A stretch of 24,073 nucleotides of DNA from a virus (IMGVR_UViG_2681813321_000026:1-24073); one strand, 5' to 3'. Shown: positions 1 through 8,239, numbered from the stretch's first letter. Translations and numbers: made by a program. The notes: a model not told the origin generated them from the sequence alone.

Positions 1-783
1 GAGGTCAGCACGAAACTGTGTCAGCATGGCTGTAAACAGCGCAGGTTGCTGTGCGTGGGTGGCGGCGCTCATGTCAAACTCTCCCTGCATCCAGCACACC
101 GCCAGCAACACATTTTTCGGGTTCTTCTGTAATGCAGCTTTAGTGCGCGCAATCAGGTCCTGATATAACGGTTTACCCACACCCCAGCGTGCCGAATCCT
201 GGCTGGCCCCCGTGTCCGCACTGAATGTCCCCTCCGCGCCCTGGGTGAATGCCGAACCACCACGACAGCATGGTACCAGCAGGATCCCCGCGTTATTCGG
301 GATATACGGAAGCAGTTTTTTGGCAATATGTAAGCCCTGGCCGACACAGCCGTACTGCCCTTTGCTCAGGTCTGCCTTCGGATGATTCAGCGTACTCATA
401 TCCTGCACATCATGCAGGCAGTGGTCGGCCGGAATAATATCGTTATATCTGCAGGCAGCCCCACCCGGCGTCACTGTACTGCGGCGCGCCAGCTGTTTAA
501 TACGCGGATCCGGAGCATCGTATGAATCCGGCAGCGGAAGCCCTTCACCGTAAGCCATGGCATTGGACTGCCCGGCCAGTACGATGACGTAGTACCACTC
601 CGGCTCAGTTGCACCACTGACGACCACATCACCTTCTGCTGCAATCGCCTGCATCAGGGTATAAGGGGTTATGGCCACCGGACTACCAAACGGCTGCCAG
701 CCCTCTTTCAGTTTATGTGTCAGCTTTTCCGCAAGGTCTGACGGCGACGCCGCCCTGACAACATCATAATGTTTAATCGACAT
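1..783 (-). CDS. Partial CDS (N-terminal 261 codons, C-terminus beyond window start): prophage NanS-like SGNH-family sialate O-acetylesterase with DUF1737-like N-terminal domain
   Basis: Minus-strand frame is open from ATG at 783..781 to position 1 (checked triplet by triplet, no stop). Translation starts MSIKHYDVVRAASPSDLAEKL and contains an SGNH-type GQSNA serine motif. Absent from ORF track because it has no stop inside the window. Confidence 0.65.
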   Translation of the reverse strand, partial: MSIKHYDVVRAASPSDLAEKLTHKLKEGWQPFGSPVAITPYTLMQAIAAEGDVVVSGATEPEWYYVIVLAGQSNAMAYGEGLPLPDSYDAPDPRIKQLARRSTVTPGGAACRYNDIIPADHCLHDVQDMSTLNHPKADLSKGQYGCVGQGLHIAKKLLPYIPNNAGILLVPCCRGGSAFTQGAEGTFSADTGASQDSARWGVGKPLYQDLIARTKAALQKNPKNVLLAVCWMQGEFDMSAATHAQQPALFTAMLTQFRADL

Positions 784-1237
784 CGAATTTCTCCCGTGTA
801 CAGGAACAGAGTTAAAAAGCCGGAACCGGAATCAAATTACAGGATGGCCATCTGCCAGTGGCTGGTCGTAAAAAAAAGGCCACGCCATGCGCAGCCGGAA
901 ATAAAGGGATAACGATGATAGTTTGAGAAAAACAGAAACAACACTTTTGTGGCAAAGCATGGTGCCGGGTGCCTCCCGGTGAATTCAGTATCAGCACCTG
1001 AATCCGCGATTATCCCATATACCTGGTTGCTGATCGCCCCTCCGCACAGGGGGATTCACCATGCCAGTTTCTTTTAACAAACTCCCCGCAAACCAGACAA
1101 CAGTCAACCGCCTGAATTGTGAGGTATTTAAAAATTTCAACGGGTAACTGATACCCTGCTAATCGCCTGATGCTTTCTTTTTCAGCAACGGGAAAGCAAC
1201 AACCACCACACCCACCAGCCGCCCATTTACCACAAAT

Positions 1238-1261
1238 AAAAAAGCCTTCAGGACTGAAGGC
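1238..1261 (-). terminator. Intrinsic terminator-like hairpin (8-bp stem gccttcag/ctgaaggc, 2-nt loop) followed by a T6 run on the minus strand
   Basis: Inverted repeat 1244-1251/1254-1261 with A-run 1238-1243 on plus strand; overlaps the stop codon of the 65-aa ORF. Confidence 0.4.
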
Positions 1262-1445
1262 GTCTGTAACAACCGAACTGATAGTCTGCCAGACCCGCCA
1301 TAACCAGCTGGGTCAGTATTAACTGGCAGCGTTCGCGTGAAAGGTAAGTATTCTGCGCAATCTCCCCGACGATCGCCGGTTCGGTGACGCTTAATTCATT
1401 AAACACCACTCTGGCGGTTTCGGTCATATCCTGCTGTTTCAGCAT
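1248..1445 (-). CDS. Hypothetical small protein (65 aa), possibly winged-helix DNA-binding
   Basis: ORF with ATG start at 1445 and weak A-rich SD; helix-rich segment AIVGEIAQNTYLSRERCQLILTQL resembles an HTH. Sits between Q and the esterase gene. Function not recognised. Confidence 0.3.
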   Translation of the reverse strand: MLKQQDMTETARVVFNELSVTEPAIVGEIAQNTYLSRERCQLILTQLVMAGLADYQFGCYRRLQS

Positions 1446-1560
1446 GTCTTTTTCCGGTTAACGTGACACACCAATAACTCTTGTCGAAAAAGCCAGCAAG
1501 CTGAAAGACCGGTATTCACCGCCGCCAGCGCGTTTACTGTACTGGACCGATTTCAGCCAT

Positions 1561-1590
1561 AAAAAAACCCGCTCGCGGCTGGTTTAAGCT
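1561..1590 (-). terminator. Possible weak terminator (tR'-like) about 60-80 nt downstream of Q
   Basis: T7 run on minus strand (A7 at 1561-1567 on plus) preceded by a short GC-rich imperfect hairpin (ccgc/gcgg). Stem is weak, so confidence is low. Confidence 0.2.
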
Positions 1591-1642
1591 GTGTGGCGTA
1601 GTAACCACTCTTAACATACTGACATACTTTTTGCGGACCGCG

Positions 1643-2035
1643 CTAATAATTTTTTACTTTTTTGGGCAGCCAGTCGTCCATCTCCAGCCTTACACCCAGC
1701 ATCGACAGACATCCGTCAATAAATCCTTCAGCAATCTGCATCTCAATTCGTATTGCCTTTTCGCTCTTCTTTCTTGTTCTGGCAATCTGCCTTTTTGATA
1801 TGCGCAGCAGATAATGAGCTACCAGCAGCGAATACTCGTCCGGTTTTTTCTTCTTCAGGCGCGTAAGGCAGTTTTCGATGATAAGGCCGTCATCATCGCT
1901 GCAGGCCGGGCGAGGTTTAGCGGTGGATGGTAAAAGGCCTTTAAATCCAGCAGCTATCGGAGAATAGTCCACCCCGGCGTTACCACTTGCCGCCCATGCC
2001 CCCCAGCGTTCGAGAACCATCTGAATATCACGCAT
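1643..2035 (-). CDS. Q: Late-gene antiterminator Q (82/933W-type Q family)
   Basis: Protein from the ATG at 2035 begins MRDIQMVLERWGAWAASGNAGVDYSPIAAGFKGL, recognised as phage Q antiterminator family. ORF track start at 2044 is a GTG; the ATG at 2035 overlaps the upstream stop by 1 nt (coupled). TAG stop at 1645..1643. Confidence 0.75.
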   Translation of the reverse strand: MRDIQMVLERWGAWAASGNAGVDYSPIAAGFKGLLPSTAKPRPACSDDDGLIIENCLTRLKKKKPDEYSLLVAHYLLRISKRQIARTRKKSEKAIRIEMQIAEGFIDGCLSMLGVRLEMDDWLPKKVKNY

Positions 2036-2892
2036 TATTCGCACTCACCAACCAGATTGAGAATGACCGCTGCACCGTCGTCTTCCATGCATTCACCCTT
2101 ACCACTTGCCAGAAACCAGCGGCACACCTCCACGGCTTCAGCGCGTGTCACCGGTTTGATGGTTGCCAGCAATTTTTCAAGGTAGCGCTCCCGGTCATAT
2201 ACCGATTCGTGATGCTCAGAGTAACCAAACTCATCGCCCTGTTCTTTAGTTGCAGTGTGGCGAACACTGTAGAGCCAGTCCCAGTAAACGAACTCGCGAA
2301 CAACATCAGACAGCGTATAAGGCTCAGGCAGCACATCGCGATATCCATCAACAAATGCCCGACGCTGTTCATCAATTTCGTTCATGCGGCTGCCGCCAAT
2401 GCTTCCGGCTTTTTTCTCTGCCGCAGTCCAGCCCCAGAGATGATCGTTGATAAATTTCTGGGAAGACCTGATGACCCGCTCTGCTTCCACATCTTCGAGC
2501 GCTGCTTCATAGCTACCAAACGTAGCCCTGACTGATGCCGCTTTTTTGATGTTCTCCCGGGCGTTCCTGATAACCTGCGCAGGGTTATCCATGCCGATGA
2601 TGCCGAACGCAACCTGGAAAGGTTCGTAACCATTCGCCAGCAGATAACGCGAATAGCGTTCCTGAGCCTCTTTTGGGGAAATTTTAATTTTCACCAGCGC
2701 AGCCTCAGCAGCATCCAGATGTGCGGGTTCGTTCAGACGGATAACCTCCAGCACCCAAAGATAAGCATCAGTCTGCTTATGCCCGGTGATTCTCCGTTGC
2801 TCTGGCAGGGGCTTGATGTTTGCGAGGGCGGAGCTGTACGCTGCCGTCGGGATGGTGAATAGTGCTTTATGTTCGTTATTATCAGTACGCAT
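2035..2892 (-). CDS. Hypothetical protein (285 aa) between primase and Q
   Basis: Long ORF, ATG at 2892 overlapping primase stop by 1 nt; stop overlaps Q start. No motif recognised. Confidence 0.6.
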   Translation of the reverse strand: MRTDNNEHKALFTIPTAAYSSALANIKPLPEQRRITGHKQTDAYLWVLEVIRLNEPAHLDAAEAALVKIKISPKEAQERYSRYLLANGYEPFQVAFGIIGMDNPAQVIRNARENIKKAASVRATFGSYEAALEDVEAERVIRSSQKFINDHLWGWTAAEKKAGSIGGSRMNEIDEQRRAFVDGYRDVLPEPYTLSDVVREFVYWDWLYSVRHTATKEQGDEFGYSEHHESVYDRERYLEKLLATIKPVTRAEAVEVCRWFLASGKGECMEDDGAAVILNLVGECE

Positions 2893-3860
2893 TACGCAAC
2901 CGCCTTTTTCTTATGGAAAACCAGCTCTCGAACCTGATCACCGTTCATGAGCATATTGTTGAAATCATCGTGATCCGGCCAGTACACGCTCACGCGCTGC
3001 AGGTCATTCTTTGCCATCAGATTGGCATGAGCACATTCGCAAGCCGCAGCCAGCCCGGTGGCGCTGTTCTCGTCACGGTCGGCAAAAATAATCAGGTGCA
3101 GAACACCAGCTGGTACGCGAAACTTTTTCATAAAGCCGCTGTTAATGGTTGCCCAGGTGTTCACGTTATAAATCTGGTGCGCTGACAGCGCTGTTTCGAT
3201 GCCTTCGGCGATACCCAGAGTGCTGGCGACAGGAAACATGCGGATAGCTACAGAACGAGCGTGATCCAAATAGTTATCTTCCTGCAGGGATTTGAGGCGC
3301 TTTGCACTGCTACCGATATCTGCTTTTTTATCACCATCAAGCAGAGTCTGGTGCAGATAGCACAACTCCCCTTTATCGTCCGTAGCAAGTGAATAAAGAG
3401 ACTGGAACACACTCCCGTTGTGTCTCTGCCTGGCATTGAACCGGATCGCCTCAGCAGGAAGACTGAATATTCCACGAGAATTAAGATACGCTGCGCCGGA
3501 TGTACCACGCAGTGCCTCCAGTTTTGAAAACTTGCTCAATACCCGTTTGCGTAAGCTGGTGGCGCTGCTGGTTACCGGGATTTTAACCCGTTGGTAATCA
3601 TTACCGATCAGGCGGTCTATTTCGGTACAAATCTCGTTAAATGGCTTCGCCTGTGTCAGGGTGACAAGTTTCATACCATCGCCACTACCACATACACAGA
3701 TCCACGTTCCTGCACCGTCGCGGTCGTCAATTCGGAACTTGCCACGTGCACCGCATACCGGGCATTCACCCTTGAAGTGATTTTTTCCGGTTATCGGCGG
3801 CAGACCGAAGTGCTCTAATATTTCAGGCCAGCGGCCTTTCGCTGCATCTGCTGTTTTCAT
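2892..3860 (-). CDS. DNA primase (N-terminal zinc-ribbon plus Toprim domain)
   Basis: 322-aa ORF with CPVCGARGKFRIDDRDGAGTWICVCG zinc-ribbon motif typical of phage/plasmid primases; ATG at 3860 lies 1 nt after helicase stop. Confidence 0.8.
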   Translation of the reverse strand: MKTADAAKGRWPEILEHFGLPPITGKNHFKGECPVCGARGKFRIDDRDGAGTWICVCGSGDGMKLVTLTQAKPFNEICTEIDRLIGNDYQRVKIPVTSSATSLRKRVLSKFSKLEALRGTSGAAYLNSRGIFSLPAEAIRFNARQRHNGSVFQSLYSLATDDKGELCYLHQTLLDGDKKADIGSSAKRLKSLQEDNYLDHARSVAIRMFPVASTLGIAEGIETALSAHQIYNVNTWATINSGFMKKFRVPAGVLHLIIFADRDENSATGLAAACECAHANLMAKNDLQRVSVYWPDHDDFNNMLMNGDQVRELVFHKKKAVA

Positions 3861-3861
3861 C

Positions 3862-5520
3862 TTACTGACTCAGACTGTTTATATTTTTCTGGAGTTGGTG
3901 CTTTGCCTGCATGATGCGCCAGGCCTCACTGCCTGCCGGTATCTCACGTCGTTCATCACGTTCCTGAGATAAATCAATCGTTGTTTGTGCGTTTTCAGTG
4001 ACCTTCTGAACCCGCTGGTGGCCTTTGGCAAACCGGATCAGTTTGTGTCTGATGTAGTTATTTACCTCAGGGGTAATTTCCATCGGAAAGTTACTCAGTC
4101 CGTCAGGCCACTCACCGAACTTTTCCCGGAAAGTGTGAGCACACCATCCGTCACTGACTGGACGCCCCAGCGAAGCACGCTGGCGCTGATAAAATTTGAT
4201 CTGACTCCACCAGGACTGTTTCTCTGCCTTCGTCGACTGATGCTGATTTTTACCCAGCTTATTAAGTTTGCGGCTAGTGTCAGTATCAACGTCTTCACCT
4301 CGCAGCGGCTTGTGTCCACATTTCGGGCAAACATAGACGCCTGCTGGCTTCATGTAGTGGCATTGAGGGCATTCATGTGGCAGTTTTTCGGCCCGTTCCT
4401 CAACTGCCCGGCGCGCGCTTTCCTCCATGCCGTCAGACTTACCGGGAAGCTCGTCGTACTCGATTGAATCCGGATAACCCAAACGGTGCACGGTGCCGCT
4501 GTGATCGAAGATAAGGCAGGACTCTTTACCCGGTGCGGTGCGCAGCCCACGCCCGAGAGCCTGCAACCAGCGAATTTCGCTTTTTGTTGGCCTGGCGTAG
4601 ATGATGCAACGAACGTCACTATCAAAGCCGGCCACCAGAACGCCCACACTAACGATGATTTTCGTTGCACCGGTTTCAAAGCGGTGAATGATGGTCTGGC
4701 GCTCATCTACCGGAGTGTCGGCGGTCATTACCTCAGCGTTAACACCCGCCAGGTTAAACTGGATTGTCAGATAATTGGCGTGAGCTACGTTGACGCAGAA
4801 AGCGATGGTAGGTAAATCCCGACCATTCTCCAGCCAGTTCTGTACGATGTCGCCCACCAGCGTAGAGCCGCACATGATTTCAGCCAGCTGTGTTTCGTTG
4901 TAATCGCGGCCGTACTCAAGCGAAGATGTGGTTTTAACACCTTTCAGATCCGGCTTAGTTGGCGCGTAAAATTCGTATTTACTCAGATCGCCACGCTGGA
5001 TTAACTCGCCGATGGTGGTCGGCTTAATCAGTCGGTCATAGTATTTGCCCAGGAACGGAGAAAACGGAGTACCCGACAGGCCAATCACCTTTACGCCTTT
5101 GCCGCGCAGACGTTCGATATCCTTCAGGATGCGTTTTTTACGCAGGTGCGCTTCGTCGATAATCAGCAGATCGATATTTTCAGGAAAAACACGACGAATA
5201 AGCGTGTCAGCGCTGGCAATCTGAATTTTCCGGTCCGGATCGTAGTTCGGGTGATCCGCCCAGATATAACCGATTTCATCTCCAGGTAAACCATACTGCA
5301 CGAACCGATTAGCCGTCTGACCAATCAGGATGGTGTACGGAACACAGAACAGAACACGCATACCACGGCTGACAAAACCAGCAACTATGAAGGCTGCCAG
5401 ACCCGTTTTACCGCTACCTGTTGGCGAGTAAACCATGAAGGTGTCGTTTGCCTTCCAGTCACGGCGCAACATGTTTAACGCTCGTTCCTGTGCAAAATTC
5501 GGCGTGATCGTCAGCTCCAT
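3862..5520 (-). CDS. Superfamily-2 DEAH-box helicase with C-terminal zinc ribbon (replication helicase)
   Basis: 552-aa ORF; Walker A SPTGSGKTG, motif II IIDEAH, C-terminal CPQC...CPKC. SD GGGAG 7 nt upstream of ATG at 5520. Confidence 0.85.
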   Translation of the reverse strand: MELTITPNFAQERALNMLRRDWKANDTFMVYSPTGSGKTGLAAFIVAGFVSRGMRVLFCVPYTILIGQTANRFVQYGLPGDEIGYIWADHPNYDPDRKIQIASADTLIRRVFPENIDLLIIDEAHLRKKRILKDIERLRGKGVKVIGLSGTPFSPFLGKYYDRLIKPTTIGELIQRGDLSKYEFYAPTKPDLKGVKTTSSLEYGRDYNETQLAEIMCGSTLVGDIVQNWLENGRDLPTIAFCVNVAHANYLTIQFNLAGVNAEVMTADTPVDERQTIIHRFETGATKIIVSVGVLVAGFDSDVRCIIYARPTKSEIRWLQALGRGLRTAPGKESCLIFDHSGTVHRLGYPDSIEYDELPGKSDGMEESARRAVEERAEKLPHECPQCHYMKPAGVYVCPKCGHKPLRGEDVDTDTSRKLNKLGKNQHQSTKAEKQSWWSQIKFYQRQRASLGRPVSDGWCAHTFREKFGEWPDGLSNFPMEITPEVNNYIRHKLIRFAKGHQRVQKVTENAQTTIDLSQERDERREIPAGSEAWRIMQAKHQLQKNINSLSQ

Positions 5521-5793
5521 TGTGCAGCTCCCGTGCTGATGAGATAATAATTTTGTGATGTGGTTTTCATGGATTCCCCCTCACATGGCTGGTGGCCTCC
5601 CCAAAGGCTGCCAGCCTCCCTTCTGATTCAGCTCCTCTGAAAAATCACTCTTCCAGGAAGAACCCTTTTCGTTTCTCAGCGCCTGAGCGCTTTGTACTAC
5701 CTTGCTGATACGGGCGTTTTTTTAAATTGCGCCCTTAAGACAGTGATCTACTTAACCAATGGATCTCTCCTGTTGGAAAAGACCCTATTCCTG

Positions 5794-5836
5794 CCCCAAC
5801 ACCCAATCCCCCCTTACCCCCCTTACCCTCTTCCCC
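5794..5836 (-). other. C-rich (plus) / G-rich (minus) tract with six runs of 3-6 G: potential G-quadruplex motif on the minus strand
   Basis: Plus strand ccccaacacccaatccccccttaccccccttaccctcttcccc; includes tandem ccccccTTA units. Lies in the 413-bp non-coding gap between the 102-aa ORF and the helicase gene. Confidence 0.4.
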
Positions 5837-5933
5837 ATAAAAACGTACTACTTCCCTAGTACACATGAGGAGTTGGGTCAGTTGGTTGCCAACCTGAACA
5901 GGCACCTTTAAGCCTGCTTCTGTTCGGGTACCT

Positions 5934-6242
5934 TTAAACCCGAAACAGTGAGGAGCGCGATTGCGATCCAGCCAGGGGAGGTTCGGCTGTATACCCCTGT
6001 AAAGCTCTGCCCTGATTTCTTACAAACAGGCGGAGCCTTGTGTTTGCTTCGTGCCTTGCTCTGTTCTCCTTGCGGAATGAAACAGGCTCAGCGTCAAAAG
6101 TGATTTCGTATACCTCCGCATATTTCAGGGCAACCTTCCGTCTCAGTGACGGAGGCAGCCCCTGTAACTGCTGCTGAATCCACTCTTCGTCTGCCTGGCA
6201 GTACCTAGATGGCATCTCTGTCTGAACGTAATTCTGGGACAT
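5934..6242 (-). CDS. Hypothetical protein (102 aa) in the cII/replication-initiator position
   Basis: ATG at 6242 with strong SD (GGGAGGTGA); overlaps the 3' end of the cro-like gene by 38 nt in another frame. No motif recognised. Confidence 0.55.
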   Translation of the reverse strand: MSQNYVQTEMPSRYCQADEEWIQQQLQGLPPSLRRKVALKYAEVYEITFDAEPVSFRKENRARHEANTRLRLFVRNQGRALQGYTAEPPLAGSQSRSSLFRV

Positions 6243-6492
6243 ACAAGCCCTTCACCTCCCCCGTGCGCGCTAAGCTTGGATGTGGAAAAAGCTCTGATAG
6301 GTCTGGCCGAAATTCATACGCTTGGATCTTTCCGTCGACAGCTGCAACCAATAACGGCACAAATTCTGGTGAAATCTTGTTCTTGCAGTTCAACCAATCG
6401 CAGACTGTTGACTGGGCCTTTCCGCATCGCTTGGCTAAGGCTTGCTGACTTCCAAGAATCTCAATAGCTTTCTCTATGGCTTTATGTTTCAT
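6205..6492 (-). CDS. Cro-like HTH regulator (Cro/CI-type, YdaS-like), 95 aa
   Basis: Start set to ATG at 6492 (MKHKAIEKAIEILGSQQALAKRCGKAQSTVCDW, HTH) with SD AGGAGA 7 nt upstream; ORF track start at 6543 is an upstream in-frame extension. Divergent from cI. Confidence 0.75.
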   Translation of the reverse strand: MKHKAIEKAIEILGSQQALAKRCGKAQSTVCDWLNCKNKISPEFVPLLVAAVDGKIQAYEFRPDLSELFPHPSLARTGEVKGLYVPELRSDRDAI

Positions 6493-6493
6493 A

Positions 6494-6578
6494 ATCGCAT
6501 CTCCTATTGAACGCATAATAACAACAGGAAAAGCGATATTCAACGTTAAACATAGAATATTTATCGGAAAGCCGATAA
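6494..6578. promoter_or_regulatory. OR-like divergent promoter/operator region between cro-like and cI genes
   Basis: Palindromic 14-mers ATCGCatctCCtAT (6494-6507) and ATCGGaaagCCGAT (6563-6576). Candidate minus-strand cro promoter TTGAAT-N17-TATTAT (-35 at 6543..6538, -10 at 6520..6515). Candidate plus-strand -10 TAGAAT at 6553-6558 with poor -35 (PRM-like). Confidence 0.5.
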
Positions 6579-6611
6579 ACTAGCCAAGATAGAGAGGGGA
6601 GGAAAATCGCA

Positions 6612-7304
6612 ATGACATTTTCAGAACGACTTGATTTAGCTATGCGCAACGCAAAATTTACGCAAGGTAGGCTGGCCAAAGAAGTGGGTATGGCTCAGTC
6701 CAGTGTTAATCAACTACTTAACAAAGCCAACGGTTCCAGAAAAACAGTCGAAATAGCAAAAGTTTTGGGCGTTAACCCGGAATGGCTCGCATCGGGTGTT
6801 GGCCCAATGGAAATCGTGACCTCTGCAGACTCACACCAAATACGTAACATTTCTGAAGATTGGGTTACTGATTCGTATGTCGTGGATGTTTTAGACATCA
6901 GATATAGTTGCGGACCTGGTAGTTATAACTCTGATTTTCCTGATATTGTCAGATCTATAGCGATAGAACCAGGATACGCATCAAGAGTTTTTGGCGGCAG
7001 ACCAGCATCAGCAATCAAAGCAATAAACGCCCACGGCGACAGTATGAAAGGCACAATAGACCCTGAAGACTTGGTATTTGTAGATGTATCAGTTCGCACA
7101 TTTAATGGTGATGGTATATACGCCTTTACATACTCTGGAACATCGCACATCAAAAGACTTCAAAAAATCAAAGATACTCTAACGGTGATATCTGACAACC
7201 CAGCTTACAAGGATTGGGCTATCGAACCGGAAGACTTCGAACAACTTCACATTGACGGAAAAGTAATTGTCAGTTGGCCTATGACACTACACCGTTTTGC
7301 ATAA
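6612..7304 (+). CDS. cI: CI-type prophage repressor (N-terminal XRE HTH, C-terminal S24 LexA-like peptidase domain)
   Basis: 230 aa; HTH QGRLAKEVGMAQSSVNQL; S24 catalytic motifs GDSM and downstream Lys; SD GGAGG upstream of ATG. Confidence 0.9.
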   Translation: MTFSERLDLAMRNAKFTQGRLAKEVGMAQSSVNQLLNKANGSRKTVEIAKVLGVNPEWLASGVGPMEIVTSADSHQIRNISEDWVTDSYVVDVLDIRYSCGPGSYNSDFPDIVRSIAIEPGYASRVFGGRPASAIKAINAHGDSMKGTIDPEDLVFVDVSVRTFNGDGIYAFTYSGTSHIKRLQKIKDTLTVISDNPAYKDWAIEPEDFEQLHIDGKVIVSWPMTLHRFA

Positions 7305-7322
7305 GCAAAAATCATTTAACCC

Positions 7323-7348
7323 GCCCACTCTTAAGTGGGCTTTTTTTT
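7323..7348 (+). terminator. Rho-independent terminator after cI
   Basis: Perfect 7-bp stem gcccact/agtgggc with 4-nt loop ctta followed by T8. Confidence 0.8.
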
Positions 7349-7356
7349 GGGAAAAA

Positions 7357-7398
7357 ATCGATAAACCGATTGACAGGTGAAATCGGTAAACCTATTAT
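7357..7398 (+). promoter_or_regulatory. PL-like promoter with two operator sites
   Basis: TTGACA (7370-7375), 17-nt spacer, TATTAT (7393-7398). Operator-like 14-mers ATCGAtaaaCCGAT (7357-7370, overlapping -35) and ATCGGtaaaCCtAT (7382-7395, overlapping spacer/-10), same family as the OR sites. Confidence 0.7.
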
Positions 7399-7447
7399 CT
7401 TGACATAGGTATCGAACTCACCAAAGCAATTATAGAGGATGAGAAAA

Positions 7448-7858
7448 ATGTCATCGTATATGGGATTACCAACAAATCAGCACGATGCTCTTGAGAATAT
7501 TCAGCTCTTAGTAGGGACTGGTGCACTACTGTATAGCAGCAATAACCCTGAGTTAATTGAACTTGCCAGCTCCATCCTGGCTGTAACTCAAAAATATAGC
7601 CTCACCGCGTCACGTTTATGCAAACAAAATTTAGCTATTAATTCCCAGAATCGGATTCGCACCCAACGCGAAACCTGCGGCTTAACAACCGCCGAACTCG
7701 CTAGGCTGCTCGATCTCGATGAAGAAATTATCATCCAGTGGGAGAGCGGAGAGTACGAACCAACCATCAGCATGCTTATCCCTCTGGCTAATGTTCTTGG
7801 CTGTGATCCAATGTTGTTATTGACTGATGCTTATAAACAAAATCAGGAGGAAGCATAA
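7448..7858 (+). CDS. Hypothetical protein with C-terminal XRE-family HTH (first gene of PL operon)
   Basis: Start set to ATG 7448 (SD GAGGA 8 nt upstream); track start 7439 has no spacing to the SD. C-terminal HTH LTTAELARLLDLDEEIIIQWESGEYEPTISMLIPLANVLG. Confidence 0.6.
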   Translation: MSSYMGLPTNQHDALENIQLLVGTGALLYSSNNPELIELASSILAVTQKYSLTASRLCKQNLAINSQNRIRTQRETCGLTTAELARLLDLDEEIIIQWESGEYEPTISMLIPLANVLGCDPMLLLTDAYKQNQEEA

Positions 7859-7859
7859 G

Positions 7860-8051
7860 ATGAAAATGTTCAAAGGCCTTACCAACGAACCGGAGACAAC
7901 TTTTCATCACATTGCCGTACTGCTTGAAGCGGGGTTAATCATTTCGGCTTCCGGTGATGAAGAATGTGATGAACTTTCGGATGATATCTTTTTACTGGCA
8001 CAACAATACGCCAGAAGCGCATGCGATGCATTTAAGGAGCAAAGAACATGA
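7860..8051 (+). CDS. Small acidic hypothetical protein (63 aa)
   Basis: ATG 7860 preceded by AGGAGG (9-nt spacing); track ORF 7827 is an in-frame upstream extension overlapping the previous gene. Confidence 0.55.
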   Translation: MKMFKGLTNEPETTFHHIAVLLEAGLIISASGDEECDELSDDIFLLAQQYARSACDAFKEQRT

Positions 8052-8239
8052 AAACTCCATTAAATATTCTTGAGGAAGTGGCAGCACAAATAAAAGAGAA
8101 TACATCAATGCTTGAATTTATATTTAAGAATTCGCCCGACTCAGGAGAGACAGACGATTATTTATGTTGCCTCATTCGCTCCATGAATAAAACCTGTGAA
8201 ATGGCTTACGCGTATATCGACACACTGCGCAACGAATAA
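8048..8239 (+). CDS. Small acidic hypothetical protein (63 aa)
   Basis: ATG overlaps stop of previous gene (ATGA coupling). Confidence 0.55.
   Translation: MKTPLNILEEVAAQIKENTSMLEFIFKNSPDSGETDDYLCCLIRSMNKTCEMAYAYIDTLRNE

Noticed and set aside
784-1247. tRNA genes or stx toxin genes between Q and the esterase gene, as in Stx phages
   Set aside because: No cloverleaf-compatible sequence with a T-loop consensus and no long ORF seen in this interval; a formal tRNA scan was not possible.
1987-2633. Track ORFs 1987-2535 (+), 2148-2375 (-), 2250-2450 (+), 2382-2633 (-)
   Set aside because: All lie antisense to, or in alternative frames of, the well-supported 285-aa gene; no SD or motif support.
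3985-4815. Track ORFs inside the helicase gene (3985-4467 +, 4095-4334 -, 4350-4706 -, 4486-4815 +)
   Set aside because: Embedded in or antisense to the helicase CDS, which has clear Walker A/DEAH motifs; treated as spurious.
6209-6467. Plus-strand ORFs 6209-6448 and 6276-6467 (and copies at 16177-16435)
   Set aside because: Antisense to the cro-like gene and the 102-aa gene.
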